NCBI RefSeq assembly: GCF_024521635.1
Contig: NW_026250418.1
Coordinates: forward strand, 186,001-250,000
Direction of reading: 5' to 3'
From: Tricharina praecox
Lineage: Eukaryota
Length of the DNA: 64,000 nt
This document shows, in pieces, positions 1-13,400 of the stretch (the stretch's first letter is position 1; each line of letters starts with the position of its first letter). The translations under genes and the position numbers were made by a program. The notes under the pieces were generated by a model. The model ran no database searches and had not been told where the DNA came from. It saw only the letters and a program-made list of their open reading frames with translations.

Positions 1-840
1 GTCGTCCCGTGGGATCTCGTCCGCGCGGACAGCTTCGTCAGATGTCTGTCTGGCTGGCTGGCTGGGAATGCTAGCTGGCTGGCGCGCTGATGCGGCGTCC
101 GACACTCCGTGTACCTAGCCCGTCCAGACTCCGCGGAGACCAGAGTTCGTGTGATTATTTTTGGCCCGGGAATGCACACGGCGACACGACACGACACGAC
201 ATACCGTGGTCGAGTCGTTCGAATTGTTTTTCCACGGCATTGTTTCACTCGTCGACGTCCAATGACCCATATTTTATGATCGTGGCGGGATAGGTACCTA
301 CCCACTCAGGATGGATGGATGGATGCGCGATGGTGGATGGTGGTTAGCCTTTGCCATACAGTACATACTACATACTTGGTACAGTGGGATCTTCACGTCG
401 TTGATTCGCAACTCACTCAAGTGAGTCTATTTCGTGTGGTGGTGCATGTAGCGCCTCTTTTCTCTCGGATGTCTCACCCCTCACCCACCCAGCCCCCCGG
501 CAGTTTTGATGGCGAGTATGTACCCGCAGAGTGATCTGCTATGCTACAATGTACTTACTACCTGCACTCATCACTCCCCACCCTAAGTAAGCAATCCTGC
601 GCTCACGATCCCCCCCCCAATCTGTAGGTGTTCCTGGATGTTTCATGGGAGAGTAGAAGGGGGAAATGCGAAATTTCGTGATATGAGCAATCCAGCCATG
701 GCAAGTTGCGTCCGCCACTCTGGGCCAATCAGCAGCCGCCACTGGTGTGTAACGGAAGCTGTCGATCATTGAGTGAGCAACGATGGATAGGTAATTCCAC
801 TTCCATGGCGGTTCTATGATTCACCGATGGGTGGGGGAGG

Positions 841-841
<1 letters not shown>

Positions 842-888
<47 letters not shown>
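842..888. repeat. (TG)n microsatellite, ~23 units
   Basis: Perfect dinucleotide run read directly. Confidence 0.95.
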
Positions 889-891
<3 letters not shown>

Positions 892-3800
892 TGAGCGGAG
901 TGTTGGCACCACTCGACTCGATGATCTGGCTGGCTGGCTGGATGAGTCGTGGTGCCGGCGTCGCTGCATGTGTACCGTACCTACTTGAGATCCCACAGGT
1001 CAGTCAACCCCCGCCGTCTACCTACCTGGCCGAGAGTACGGAGCCAGCGGAGTGTACCTACATGGACTCTTATCCAATTGTAAGCAGCAGCAGTGCTGCC
1101 AGCCAGCCAGCCAGCCAGCCAAGCTCGAAGGATCGATCCCAAGCCCACCTGGGTCCTGGGTGCATCATCTCCCAATCAGCACTTCCCGGCCGCGAGTGGG
1201 CTGCATCTGCCATCAGGTGGCTGCTGTAAAAGTATTTATACTTCACATCGAGCTCAAGATGTGGGCCAATGGAGGAGCACGCTCGGTGTGTAACCGGAAG
1301 GATAACTGGTGGAGTGCGATGGTGGTGCTGGTGGTGCTACTGCTGCTTCTCTTGGATACCCCTCCACCTCCACCTCCCACTCCCGGCCGGCCCGTTTGCC
1401 CAGGAGATCGACAGCTGCAAACCGGGACCAGTGACCACGAGACATGACGCGGTGCAGTGTCTTGTTTGTCCTCCCCTTTGCCCTTCGCACAACTATTTGA
1501 TGGCGATGCGTGTGTGTGCAGCACTGCAGCAACCTAACAATAGACGAGGTGGTCCCTATTATCCCGACCTATGGCTGTCTTCGCGTTGCGATCCTCGCTT
1601 TGGCTCCATGATACTATCGGTATACATGTGGGGTCGGCCTGTCCGTCAAAGCTGTGGACCATGGTAAAAGAGGTGCACTTTTTCCGCCAGCACGGACCAC
1701 AGAGCTCGAAGAGCTTCTTCTGGGGGCAGTCTATAGGTGCCCTGAAAAAATCGAGGTGCTTCAGTTGCAAGAGATGCAGAGGAAGCCTCCGCTATTGGGG
1801 TGTGGAGGGGGGGAGTATGCTATCGCCAATGATAGCCCGCCCGATCCTCTCTCCATGATTTTGTTTTTTCTCGAATCGATTCAAGACCCCAAGACCCCAA
1901 GAACGTTCCAGTGCTCTCGTCTACCGCAACAAGACTGGTGAGCGACAGTATTGATATCCTAGTTGGCAGTCAGTGGTTCCTGAAGAAGCCCCGATGGCCG
2001 GCCCGTCACTCGGTCGACACCCCGCCAAAAACAGCAGCACCACAATCATGATTCATGACGCCATGGCAAAACAGAACCTCTCGCCGTTCCAAGTCATTAC
2101 GTACGTCCTCGATCGTTCCCCCTCCCAAAGGCCGCAGCTCGGTATCGCTCGTTTTTCGCTGGATTTCGAGTTCGAGTGTAGATTAGAGCAACAGTGTCTA
2201 TCATACGGACCATCATGTAGTTTCCATGTACCTCTGTATGTACAATACGAATTATGTAACCATTTCTTTTTTTCTTCTTCCCCATCCATGCATGTCCGAT
2301 ATGCGCCCACCAGGCACCTCTCCTAAATCTTCGAAATAACAAAGTGCTTATGCAAGCAAGCAGCAACGCGTGATCACGTTCCGCACGCAACACTCTACGC
2401 GTCCCCTGCTGCCCTGCTCCCCTGCGCATCCGAAGACTCAAGACTCAAGACTTAAGAGTGTGCCTTGAGCTTATGTCCTCTACATACATGCATACTTCAT
2501 TTAGCCAGGACAATACCCGGAGGCCAGAGGCCGGAGCGCAGCGGACCCACCCTCCCCGCAGGCCGCAGGCGATGAAACGCACTCACGCCCCCTTAACAAA
2601 AACAGCCGGCAGCAAACCCAACCTCTGAGTCTGAGCCTTGAGGTATGTGTGTACAGTATGCATGTGGGCGGTGCAGCAGCGTGCGGATCACACGCTCGCA
2701 CTCGCACTCGCACTCGGCAGCGACAAAAAAAAAAGAAGAAAAAAAGAACCGCGTGGGCGCATTCGCGGCTTTGCGGACGAATCCTGCTCCGTTCCCTTAC
2801 GCGTTCCGTTGCGGGTGCGGATGCGGGTTGGCGGGTTGGATTAGGTTGCGCGTTGGCTGAGGTGGCAGAGGTGGTGAGTGTGCCTTTTTTTTCTTTTTTG
2901 TTTCTTTTCGTTCCACGCTCGACATCGAGACTATCGACCTCGAGAGGCTATTGAGACTGGGTCAATACTCGCCGCGAGTCCGCGACGGACGAAATAGAAA
3001 AGAAAAGGAAAGGAAAAGCGCGATGCAGAGCCGGTTGCGTGAGTCACCCACCCCACACACTCCGCACACGCGCAACAAGAAAAGAAAAGAAAAAAAGCCC
3101 TGCAGCCGGCGCGATTCCTGTCGCTGTAGCTGTATGGAGCTGTCGATGTGCACTATGCAGTGTGGAATGAGGGCTGGTTGGTTGGTTAGCCACTCTGCAG
3201 TCTACTATCATTTGGAATAGCGAGGTTGTTACTATTCCTAGCAATCCACGATTCCACGATTCCATCATCCTACATACGGTATCCAGTTACCCAGCACCTT
3301 CTAGAGTGCCCACCCCAATGCATCGCAGGCCGTCACGGCGTCACCACTCACCAGTTCTGCATACTATCCATAGATCTGTGACCCACGCGTTCCTCACTTG
3401 TCACTGTCAGTGAACCACGCTTCGGCTTCCAGCTTCTTCCCCCACAATCCGTCGTCCGTCATCTGTGCTCGACGTAAGCTCAATCAGTGCTTGACGTGTG
3501 CTCCCGCGGAAACATCGCCAGCAGACGCAGTATCTGCAACCCTGCTCTTCAGTACGGTTACCACGGTTACTACGGCAGACATGCGCTTGGTATGTAGTTG
3601 GTATATATACACATCACTTGGTGAAGATTAAACGTGCATGCCCATTGCCGCCACCCCTCCCCGCCCCACCACCTCCCACACCTCCACCTCCACCTCCCAC
3701 CCTATGTAAGCTAAGTTGGGTAAGCTAAGGCCAAGCGCAAAAAAAAGCTTGTCCCAAAGTGCACAACCAAGTGAGCGAAGCTCTGGTTACTCTAGTTGCT

Positions 3801-5647
3801 CTAGTAACTCTGTCTATCTATCTATATGTAGAAATGTAGTATGATATGATAAACGTGCTAGGCAGCAGCAGCAGCAGCAGCAGAAGCAGGAGCAGGATCA
3901 AGAACCAAGGCTGTAGCTTCTAGTTCTAGTTCAGTCTTCCAGGGCGCGCGATGTGTCTGTCTGTCTGTCTGTTCCGTCCATCCATCATCTCTTTCGACTT
4001 TGGAAGGGAGGGGCGGGGGTTAGAGCAGAGTACCTACGGTATGGTGCTAATTAGAGCTTGGAGGCTTGGAGTATATTCCTCGCCTAAGTTGTCCCGAACT
4101 CCGACTGGTGATTACATGATTACAAATTTGTCATTTTCCCTGCGCACCTTTTTCCTTTTCCTTTTCCCTTTCCCTTTCCTTTTTGTTCCCCCCCGGTTCC
4201 GTCCCATATCCCGTAGACTACTAGACTGAGGACTCTAGAGGATTGTCTACATAAAATCAAAAATAGAGTCGAGTCGAGTCGAATCGAGTCGAGTGCAAGA
4301 TTCGAGAAGCAGAAGCAGAAGCAGAAGCAGAAGCAGGAAGCAGGTTGGAAGCAGGTTGGAAAAACCAAATAAACTCTATATCCACCCTCCACCCTCCATC
4401 CTCCACCCTTCCGCCCCTCCACCCCCTCCCCAGATCCAAGCCCAAGCCCAAACCCCCAGCCCTCTTCCAATGTCCAATGTCCAATTCCATACGTACAGAT
4501 TCCATCCCATCCCACCACATCCCATCCGATCCCATCATATCTGATCCGGAGACACCACCACCACCACGCCTTACCTCGGAACTCCTGCCACATAGTACTA
4601 AATAGTAACCTGCCCACAAGAAGAAGAAACACTAGTAAACGCCCAAAATAGATATATCATCATCATATGTTTCCCCCCTCCCCCCTCCCCCCGCCGCCCC
4701 TCGGGCCCCGGCCCCGCGGCGCCCCGACTCCTGCTGTGCTGTGCAGTGCAGACCACCTACTGGCACCATACAAAGAAACCCAAAGAAGAAAAAAACCAAG
4801 CCCCATCCATCCAAAAAAACACATGAAGAAGGGAAGGGAAACAAAAACGCAAGGCAAGGAAACTATTATTCGTCCATGACACCACCCCCACCACACGCAC
4901 TGGGAGAGAAGAAACAAACAAGCAAACAAACAAACAGCCTCAATCTCGCGAAGAAGGCCGTAGGAGGTAGGAGGCAGTAGGAAACTCGTGAGTCGTGGGT
5001 CGTTGTGTATGTACAGAAGTAGTAGTAGTAGTAATAGTAGTAGTATGTTGTTGATAGGCATCGATCCAAGGCGACGACGTACGTTATTGGCCAAACCGGA
5101 CCTTCCGAAGCGAGCGTAGCACCAGCACAGCACGATGAGTCGACCGACGACCGTGGACTTGACTTTGACATGACTTGCGCCCGCCCGCCCACCCGCCGAA
5201 ACGATATAATTATTTATTTGGGCAGGTAAGCCGGGGAGGGGAGCCGAGGACGGCAGGCAGGCAGGTGTGGGCAGTTGCTTGTTTGGTGGATATTATTGTC
5301 GTCCCTCCATCCATTCGTTGGTTCGTTCTAGAAACCAGAGTTTTGGTGGAACCGGTGCTGCTGCTGCTGCAGAACATGGAGGCATGCAAAGGTGACAGAC
5401 AGCATATGGTGGGTGACACGGCGACACACTGACACGGCGAGTCGGTGACACGGTGACGCCGGCCGGCGGGCGGAAAGGAGGGATCCATATATATCGTGGA
5501 TCGTTGAATCCTGCAAGTCTGCAAGTCTGCAACGGCGAGTCCGCGGAGCGGAGACCCGGCTAGCCAGCGCTCGCTCGCTCGCTCCGACGGCGGGGTGCTT
5601 CCGTTGCACAGCACGAGAACGGGGCGGGGGGAGGGGGGAGGGGTGTG

Positions 5648-5650
<3 letters not shown>

Positions 5651-5688
<38 letters not shown>
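5651..5688. repeat. (AC)19 microsatellite
   Basis: Perfect dinucleotide run read directly. Confidence 0.95.
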
Positions 5689-5690
<2 letters not shown>

Positions 5691-5892
5691 CTGCCGGACA
5701 CGGTGCGCTCTGCTCTGGTCTGCTCGGCGCGGTCGTCGTCGGTGGGCTGAGGCTGTGGGTGGTTGGGTGGGTGGGACATACCCGGCCCGGCCGGGCGTGA
5801 AGCTCCGTTTCGAACCGTAGTGGTGATGGTGATGATGTGTGCGTGCGCCATCCTCGTTCGTGCTCCGATCTGGCTCCCGGCGGGCCAGAGGC

Positions 5893-6570
5893 TCACATGG
5901 CCGCGCAGTGCAAGGACATGGCCGAAAACTCCAACCGTCGCTCATCCGCCGGCATCCACTGCTGCTGCTGCTCGGTTCCGTACTCCATCAAATCCACCAT
6001 CGTCATCATCGAGTCGCAACCGCTGGACTCCTGTTGCGCGCTGCAATCGAAGGGGAGGGGGAGTGGGCCGTAGAATGCTGATGCCGGCGGGTAGCCGGAG
6101 TACTCGGTCCACGGACAGTATTCGGGCACGCTCGGACTCGGAATCGGACTCGGCCACTCGTAGTAGATGCTGGTCGGAGAGAGCGGAGAGTACAGATAGA
6201 AGTTAACGGCTTCGTCGTATGCGGACGGCTCCCGCTCGTATGGTGTCCCGATGCTCGGACTAATCGGGAACTGCGGCGGCGGTGGTGGTGAAGTTGAGCC
6301 AAGTTGCTGTTCTTCGGGGGAATACGTATACACTGAAATCGCGGAGGGCGACTGTGCCTGCGACTGTCTAGCCGCATAAAACTGTCGCTCCAGGTCGTCC
6401 CTGGGCGACAGCGGCGGCGAGGGAAAACTGCTGGATGATTCCAGCTTTGGAGATGAGTTGCAGCTGCTGGGAGTCGTGATGGCGGTCTGGGGGGATAAAG
6501 GACCGGTCGACGATCTCGAAGAGCAGCTGGACGAGTACCTGTATTGCGGCGAGCTGCAAGTCGATGACAT
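5893..6570 (-). CDS. Hypothetical Ser/Pro/Tyr-rich, probably disordered protein (225 aa)
   Basis: Uninterrupted ATG-TGA ORF with protein-like composition (13 SP and 2 TP dipeptides). TATATA lies ~260 nt upstream on the same strand. No domain recognised. The last codons overlap a GTGAGC donor-like site, so a further exon is not excluded. Confidence 0.65.
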   Translation of the reverse strand: MSSTCSSPQYRYSSSCSSRSSTGPLSPQTAITTPSSCNSSPKLESSSSFPSPPLSPRDDLERQFYAARQSQAQSPSAISVYTYSPEEQQLGSTSPPPPPQFPISPSIGTPYEREPSAYDEAVNFYLYSPLSPTSIYYEWPSPIPSPSVPEYCPWTEYSGYPPASAFYGPLPLPFDCSAQQESSGCDSMMTMVDLMEYGTEQQQQWMPADERRLEFSAMSLHCAAM

Positions 6571-6825
6571 GATTGCTCCAGAGTGTCTGTCTTTTGGTTT
6601 TTATTTTTTTGGTTTATGTTGTGTTTACACGGGGGCCTGAGGAGTGAAGCCTCCTGTGGAATGATGACGTTGAATGTTAGGGGGGTGGGTGTGTTTTTGC
6701 TTGATAGTGTTTATATCGATGGCCTAGAGATATCGATGCGATTTGGTGAAGGCTTTAAACTTGTGGTATGAAATCAAGGCGTCGGAGTTGCGACGTTGGT
6801 CCCGGGGGAGGGGCGGGCTCTAATC

Positions 6826-6831
6826 TATATA
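6826..6831 (-). promoter_or_regulatory. Probable TATA box of the 5893-6570 gene
   Basis: GTGTATATAGA on the minus strand at a plausible distance upstream of the ATG. Confidence 0.45.
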
Positions 6832-9459
6832 CACCGCATCTCTTCCCAGAAGGGGGAGAGGGGGGTGGGATGCGAAGCCACAACGCTGGGGGGGTGCCGA
6901 GAAAAAAGAAAGAAAGGAACAACTACAATTCCGCCTGGGAGTAGTTACAGTAGAACTGGGCACCGATAACTAGAGCAACTCCCGCATTTTCCTGCGCGTC
7001 AGGGATAGCAACGGGCCTCTCCCGGGTTGGTGGGGTAAGGGGGTGGTCAAGAGTCAACCACCCAAGTACCTGAGCTAGTTCACCAAGTACTCTGCAACTA
7101 CATACTACCTACAAGTATCCCGCAAGTACTGCACCTACATACTCCAAAGTGCGTTCTGCAGCTGCTCCCCTTCCCCCATCTCCAAGGTTCAGTCTGCGGT
7201 CCAAGGATATCATCATCATCAGCATCATCGATGCGGCCCGCGGACATGGCCGACGATCGGTCGTCGTATGTGTGTACGCTCCAGAGGCCAGGCAGGTACG
7301 TAGGTAGAGTTACTGAGCCCCAACACGCGCAGGTTCTAATAGCGAGACAGACTCGTGGTGCAGTGAGTATGCCTAGCACACACATACATGGGAGGCACAC
7401 TTCGCTGACATGTCCGCCTTTCGAGGCAGTGACCACTGACCAGTGGCATGGGATTTATCATTTTCCGCACTCGGCGACGACGACGGCCAGGTCAGGCCAG
7501 TGGCTTCGATGAGCATCTTGGGATCGCCCGTGTGTGTTCTCATGCTCAGCATGCTCAGCATGTGGGGAGGGGGGAGGGGGAAATTGCTGGATACACAGCC
7601 AACCGTTCATCGCCGTTGGTCGGCTACTTACTGGATGATGGATCATGGTAATAGTAGAGTGCCCGCCGCCCGGCAATAGTAGAGTATCTATCCCTATAGT
7701 ACTCTACATATTTGCCTCTGCCCACTCCCACTCCCACTCTTCAGCTAGCTACTATAACTACAGGCTTAGCTCGAGATGTGAATCATCAGAAGTTGGGATC
7801 GACATGGAATACCTGCCTACTGAGACGCCTACGCGAAGATCTAGCTAGGGGGGATTCGAGCTAGAGTCGAGTCGAGTAGAGTGGAAGTAGAGTACCGCAG
7901 CAGACGTGCTGGGGAATGGCCAGGGCAGCCGAGCGTGAAGGTGGGCGGCCGGGAGAAACGTGTGGATGGAATGGAAGGGGCTGTCGCTATCGTTGTCGCT
8001 GTCGCTCTCCTCTCCTCTCCTCTCCTCTGCTCATGCTTCAGCCTTGCAATCACATATCATATGTATGTCGAGTACAGTACCAAGGAGGGGGGGGGAATCG
8101 GCTCCTCAAACTCCAATGAACCCCCCCGCCCCCCCCCCCCCCCCCAAGTTTCTCCTCGGCCAAACGTTCGCACTTCCATGCCGGCCGCGGACCCATGGCA
8201 CGAACCGTGGCACTGCTCGCTTAATCGATTGGATTGGTTGACACACAATAACGACACCACAACAACGACAACACCACCTTGGATTCTTGGAATTCAGCAC
8301 TCGTTACACGCCTCTTCCTCCGGACAAAAAGGCTGGGTGCCACGCACGAAACGAAACGGAACAGTCAGCAGGGAATCGAAACATCCTAGTACACATGTGT
8401 GATCCCTACTCGGGTTGAGCCAGCCACGAAATACTCGGAGCGAGGCACGGCCGACAAGTACACAAGCACACACGTTACCATATGATACTCTATGTGGTAT
8501 GTACAAGACGCATGGTCGGACAGACGGCCGTGACCACTGGCCAGCAGTATAACATTATTGCTACACTGCTACACTGCAACCTCCATCACCACGAACGGGC
8601 CCGCCGAAAAAGAAGAAGAAAAAAGATTTAGAGATAGTTACCATGCAGATAACCTGCTCGAGCTAGACGGAACCGTGGAACCGTGGAAGGCGTTGTTCCC
8701 GAAATAGTATCACAGCAACCAACTATGAGCGACGAGCTAGACGATGGAAAGGCACTTCAAGCTTCAAGCCTCAAGCCTCAAGGCAGTCGACTCGCGGAAG
8801 TCTCGGATTCTCGGGTAGCATGTGCACTGTGGGAACTTGGAAGTCTGCATGCAACTCATGTGCATATGTATGGAGGTAATTGAAGATATCTTTAGAAGCC
8901 CTTCTATGTAGAGTCTACATATGTAGGTACAGACATCCCGCCGATCCACCGACCAACCGACAGTCCGACCAACCGACCGACCACCTCTCGGCTCCAATTG
9001 GCCGACTCAGATTGGCCGGCGTCGAGCGAAAGAACACCTCGAACGATGTCTGGCAAGTATGTCTAGTATGAAGGGCCTGTGTTGGGTATGGATATGAGTA
9101 ATGGTATAGGTATAGGAATGTATGGATATAGGTAAGGGTACATATAGGGCGGGCCCGTCGCGTCCTATGACCATCCATTGATCGGGATATGGCGTACACT
9201 ACACAGGACTGGCGTCGGCCGTTGAAACTCGCGAGGTTTGGTTTTTGTTTTTGCGTCTCGGGCTCTCCGGAAGCCGAGAACCCAAGTAGTTGTCCTCCCT
9301 ACATACCAGCTAACCCAACCAGCGGCCCCGGGCCGCGCGACACCATCGTCATTAACATCGTCGCTTCCAACTAAGGACGTTCATTCGGGTGGCTGTAAAT
9401 AATTACGCGGTGGTCATTGGTTGCGCCTTCTAGAAGGCCTAGCTTTAGTATAGTATCTA

Positions 9460-10403
9460 TGGTTGGGGACATCTAGAACCGGAGTGAAAATACCCCCACT
9501 TTTGATGTTCGGTTAGTTCACAACAACAACCTAATTTTTTAAAAAAGCTCTTTACAGCGATAGAGAAGAGGAAGGAGATAATTTACAAAGAGCCCGATTT
9601 TTTTTTAAAGGGTGTGGTTGAGTGGTAACCAAAATCCAAAATAAATAGACGAAAAAAGATTTAGTATGGGGAGGCCCCGGGAATGTCCAGGGGCAAGGCT
9701 GCCACAGCCCAGTCTTAGCACGGCTGAGTTCTTGATTAGGAAGTCTTGGCAACAAGTATGGTGGCTAATTGCCTTGATAAAGAAAATTATGCACATAATA
9801 AATGGAAATAATTAACTACCATTTCGACTTATCGCTGACCTGCCGATGACCTTTGTATATCTGCTCCTTGGAAAATTGACAAGAATTGGCCCAGAAATTG
9901 TGGTTTTCGGTCCCGGTGGGGCTGTGGAGCGCTGAAGCTCTGGGGCTGTGGAGTGGGCTGTGGAAGCGAGGTTAATGGTGACAGACCTGTGGAAGAATGG
10001 AACTGATGGAATGAGCGTGCTCGTGCGATCCAGAGGAGTGTTTTATCGAAGAAAACGGGCAAGAACTGGCGGAGATATTGTGATTTTCGTTCCCGGCGGG
10101 GCCATGGACCTCTGGAGTTGGCTGTGGACGCCCGGTCAACGGCCACAGACCGGTCACCGGTGGAACAATCGAACTGATGGAACGAGCGCAACAGTGCAGT
10201 CCAGAGCAGTGTTTTATTGAAGAAAACGGGCAATAACTGGCCGCGATATTGTGATTTTCGTTCCCGGCGGGGCCAGTTGGTTGCGGACGCCTGGAAAAAA
10301 AAAGATTAAATAAATTTAATAAATGCTAATGTATTACCGCATTTGGATTTTAATTCCCCTGATCCGAATGTCCACTTACTCCGGCACTAGATGTCCCCAA
10401 CCA
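9460..10403. mobile_element. Non-autonomous TIR DNA element, 944 bp, TA-flanked (Tc1/mariner-like by TSD)
   Basis: The left end TGGTTGGGGACATCTAGAACCGGAGT matches the reverse complement of the right end, TGGTTGGGGACATCTAGTGCCGGAGT (24/26). TA sits at 9458-9459 and 10404-10405. The interior has AT-rich stretches, internal direct repeats and no recognisable transposase ORF. Confidence 0.8.
9871..10275. repeat. Internal direct repeats of the TIR element
   Basis: Two ~120-nt copies (~9984-10103 and ~10155-10275) plus a partial diverged copy at ~9871-9924. The shared core is GAAGAAAACGGGCAA(G/T)AACTGGC..GATATTGTGATTTTCGTTCCCGGCGGGGCCA. Confidence 0.9.
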
Positions 10404-13400
10404 TATTTAATCCAGCTGTTGGGGAAGAGAGGAGAGCATAAGCCACATCGCAGCGCATCACCTACTGCGCGCGGGGGGCGGGGATGGAGATCTTATCTCA
10501 CTTCAGTCTTCAGGGTCCCGATCCCAACCGCAATGCGAGACCACTCTAACTGCTAGTTACCTACTACCTACTAGGTAGTAATTGTGCTCTAGTGATTCCT
10601 CACATAAGCCGATTCTGAAACCTTGTGGGTATGTATGTACCTGCCGCAGTAGCAGCAGGAGCACATCATTGACGGATGGGGTGCATGTGTGTGTGTGGAC
10701 AGGAGCGGATTCTGCGGACGGCATCCGGTCACCGCGACGGCGACTTCATCCTTCACCCTTCACCCAAAACACCACGGAATGCCGAGAAACTCTAAAATAT
10801 ATCCGCCGTTTAGGTTGGCTTAACCCTCTCCCTCCTCCTCCCCTATCCGCCCTGCGCGCCCACCAGCCCTGCCCACCAGCCCGGGAATTACCCTGACCAG
10901 CCCGCTCGCTAGAGAACCTACATTATACTCCACCTCATACCATACTCAACCTTGCCCTTTTCCCGCAACCACCTACTTTTCCCGGGCTTCGGCAGGTACA
11001 TAGAGTAAGTGCTCATAGTTACCTAGAATACCATACACAGTTACTCAACTATTACCCACATACCTACCTCCTGCTTAGACGCGAAAAGGCAAAACCCCCT
11101 CTAGGCTCTCTCTCCCGTTATGCGCTCAACTGCTGAGCACCTATGTACTTACTAGTAGGTACATAGTGAGGTAGTGTCCTTCCGTGGACTCGGAACGGAA
11201 CCACATGCAGGGTAGTGGGGAATGGGGAAAAGGCTGTCTTGTCCGCTCGCAAGTCTACAATTGCCGGTAATATGTTGTCTCAGGTCGGTTCATGGACCCT
11301 TTGCGTGTTGACTCTTGACTGTGTGCTAGTACTCTACTGCGTAGTAGATAGTTGACGGATTATGATATAGTATTAGATTTCTTCACCGCACTCTCGGCCC
11401 CCCCACAAGGCTTTCTTTCTTTCTCGGAACCCTTCCTTTCTGCTTGCTTGTCCGTCCGTCGATGCTATGCTTCCGGACGTCAACTTCCGTTCCTGATTGA
11501 TCATTTATTTGAATCCATCTCATGTCCACGGGCAGCGGTTTCTCTCGGCCTCTAGCCCGGAGGCCGGAGCTGTTCCCGGCGACGCACTGCACTGCTGCAG
11601 TGCTGCATATGTGCGCATGAAAATGAAAGAAAAAATGAGGCGCTGCACAGGTCAAGGGGAGGGGGGATGATCCGGACAGTAACCGGGCCTTGAAAGGCCT
11701 TGATTCATTTGGAATTTTGGATGCGCAGGATGATCCTCCAACTTCCAAGAGGGATCTGGGGGATGGATTGGGGATGGGATAGGATAGGATGGGATGCTTA
11801 TTGCAAAACCTGAAAGAGGAGCACCCGATTATGCAGAGCGCTAGTTAATAAACTTAGTTGTGTTTCAGGTTGCCCAGGGGGGGGGGACCTGTCATGTCAA
11901 CCCGTCGCCCTCCCTCCCTCCCCCCGAATCCAGCCCTCTGGTTTTACATACGCGGAAGTCGGTTGTTCTGGGTGTCCACTTTGGGGGCTACTAGTAATTG
12001 GCTCAACTGCCGCTTCGATAGTAGAGTGAAGTGGAGTGGCGCAGGAAGGAAGGAAGGAAGGAAGGAAGGACGGGAGGAAGGAAGGAAGGTCAGACGAGCG
12101 ATCGACTGACCGTTGCACTAGTTACGGTGACTCGGCGAGTGCAAGGCTGTGAGCCTATGGATGTTTATGATGTTTATGCACGGCATTGCTGTGTGCACTG
12201 CCCCATCTTTCAACCACCTGGAGGCTGGCGTATGGCGCATGGAGATGATCCTGGCACAGTACCTGGCATAGTTAACCCCCATAGGTATATCTAGCAAGAA
12301 ATCGAAACGACGATATGTGCTATCGTTGTATATAGTAGGTAGTAATATGGGCCGTGGGAGTTCTTCGTTTGTACTTGTATGTACTCTATGTATGTACAGT
12401 TTACAATCGCCAGTAATCCGCTCTGCTCTGCTACTAATCATACTTACCAGTTGTTCTCGAAGCCACAGTGCTTATACACCTAGTAACTTCGCGTTACCGC
12501 CAGGCCGGGGGTGAACTTTATGGAAGAATGGGGCTCGAGGAGAAAGCTGCCTTGGAGAATCGAGATTGGAGCCACTAGATTTCTTCCCTATCGCTTGCAC
12601 TGTGCAATTATTATGGGATTCCCTAACAGCTGGAGCGTCAGCACTGCCCATCGATCATCGATGGACGCTCCTCCGTGGACAACTGGCCCGGCGGCAAAAT
12701 TCAAATCCGCCATCTTGTTTCCATAATACTAGGTATTTATGTAGACATGTAGGCAGACCGTCCGCTGTCGCTACATGGACAGTTGGGCAGTGTTACCAAT
12801 GGCCGATGAACGTTGCGATGTGGTCGTTCAACAGGTATGTATGCTTGCCGGGGTGTGGGAGGGCTCACCCGCAATAATAGACTTCCTTCACAGCTTCACG
12901 AATCACTACTGGTTAACTGGTAGCCACCCAGCTGATCATCACACTCGAAATCTGTAACTTGTGCTCCTCTTCCTTACCGCCATCGGAAAAGAGCCCCCAG
13001 CTTAAGGGGGCCATCTCATCTCATGTCATCATGTCACATCCCACCGTCCCACGTCGACGGCTAACATTGTTATGTACCACAGTACCACATAGACACATTC
13101 ACGGCAACAAGAACCCCGGCCGGAGTAGGTATGTACATATATACCTACATAGGTATTTGGCAGATAACGGCACCTCCGAGACAACGGCAGCCCCGAGACA
13201 CCAGCAACATTGAACAACTCACTTTGAACCCGACCCGGTCGAATCCAATCAACTGTCACGGTCGTCACTGGTTGCGAATTTGAACCACAGTCGCAGTCGT
13301 ATCGTATGTATGCTTCGACTCGACACATCGCATTTCTCTACAAGCATACATCCAACCCAAGTTCTGGATCACGCTTCGACAGCCTACAGGACCGACTGGC

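Noticed and set aside
1..45. Minus-strand CTGACGA followed by a GC hairpin (hammerhead-like)
   Set aside because: It has GAGA rather than GAAA, extra bases before the stem, and no stems I/III.
130..137. PDRE-like TCCGCGGA (also at 5540)
   Set aside because: More than 25 kb from the ABC transporter promoter; expected by chance.
90..5890. Many 60-230 aa ORFs (CVCVCV, THTHTH and poly-Y types)
   Set aside because: These are translations of microsatellites or low-complexity DNA, many with GTG/TTG starts and no domain signal.
9829..10233. 134-aa ORF with an internal repeat inside the TIR element
   Set aside because: Non-ATG start, simply mirrors the DNA repeat, and has no DDE or HTH features.
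9871..10275. Spaced direct repeats as a CRISPR array
   Set aside because: The units are ~120 nt and diverged, the context is eukaryotic and there are no cas genes.
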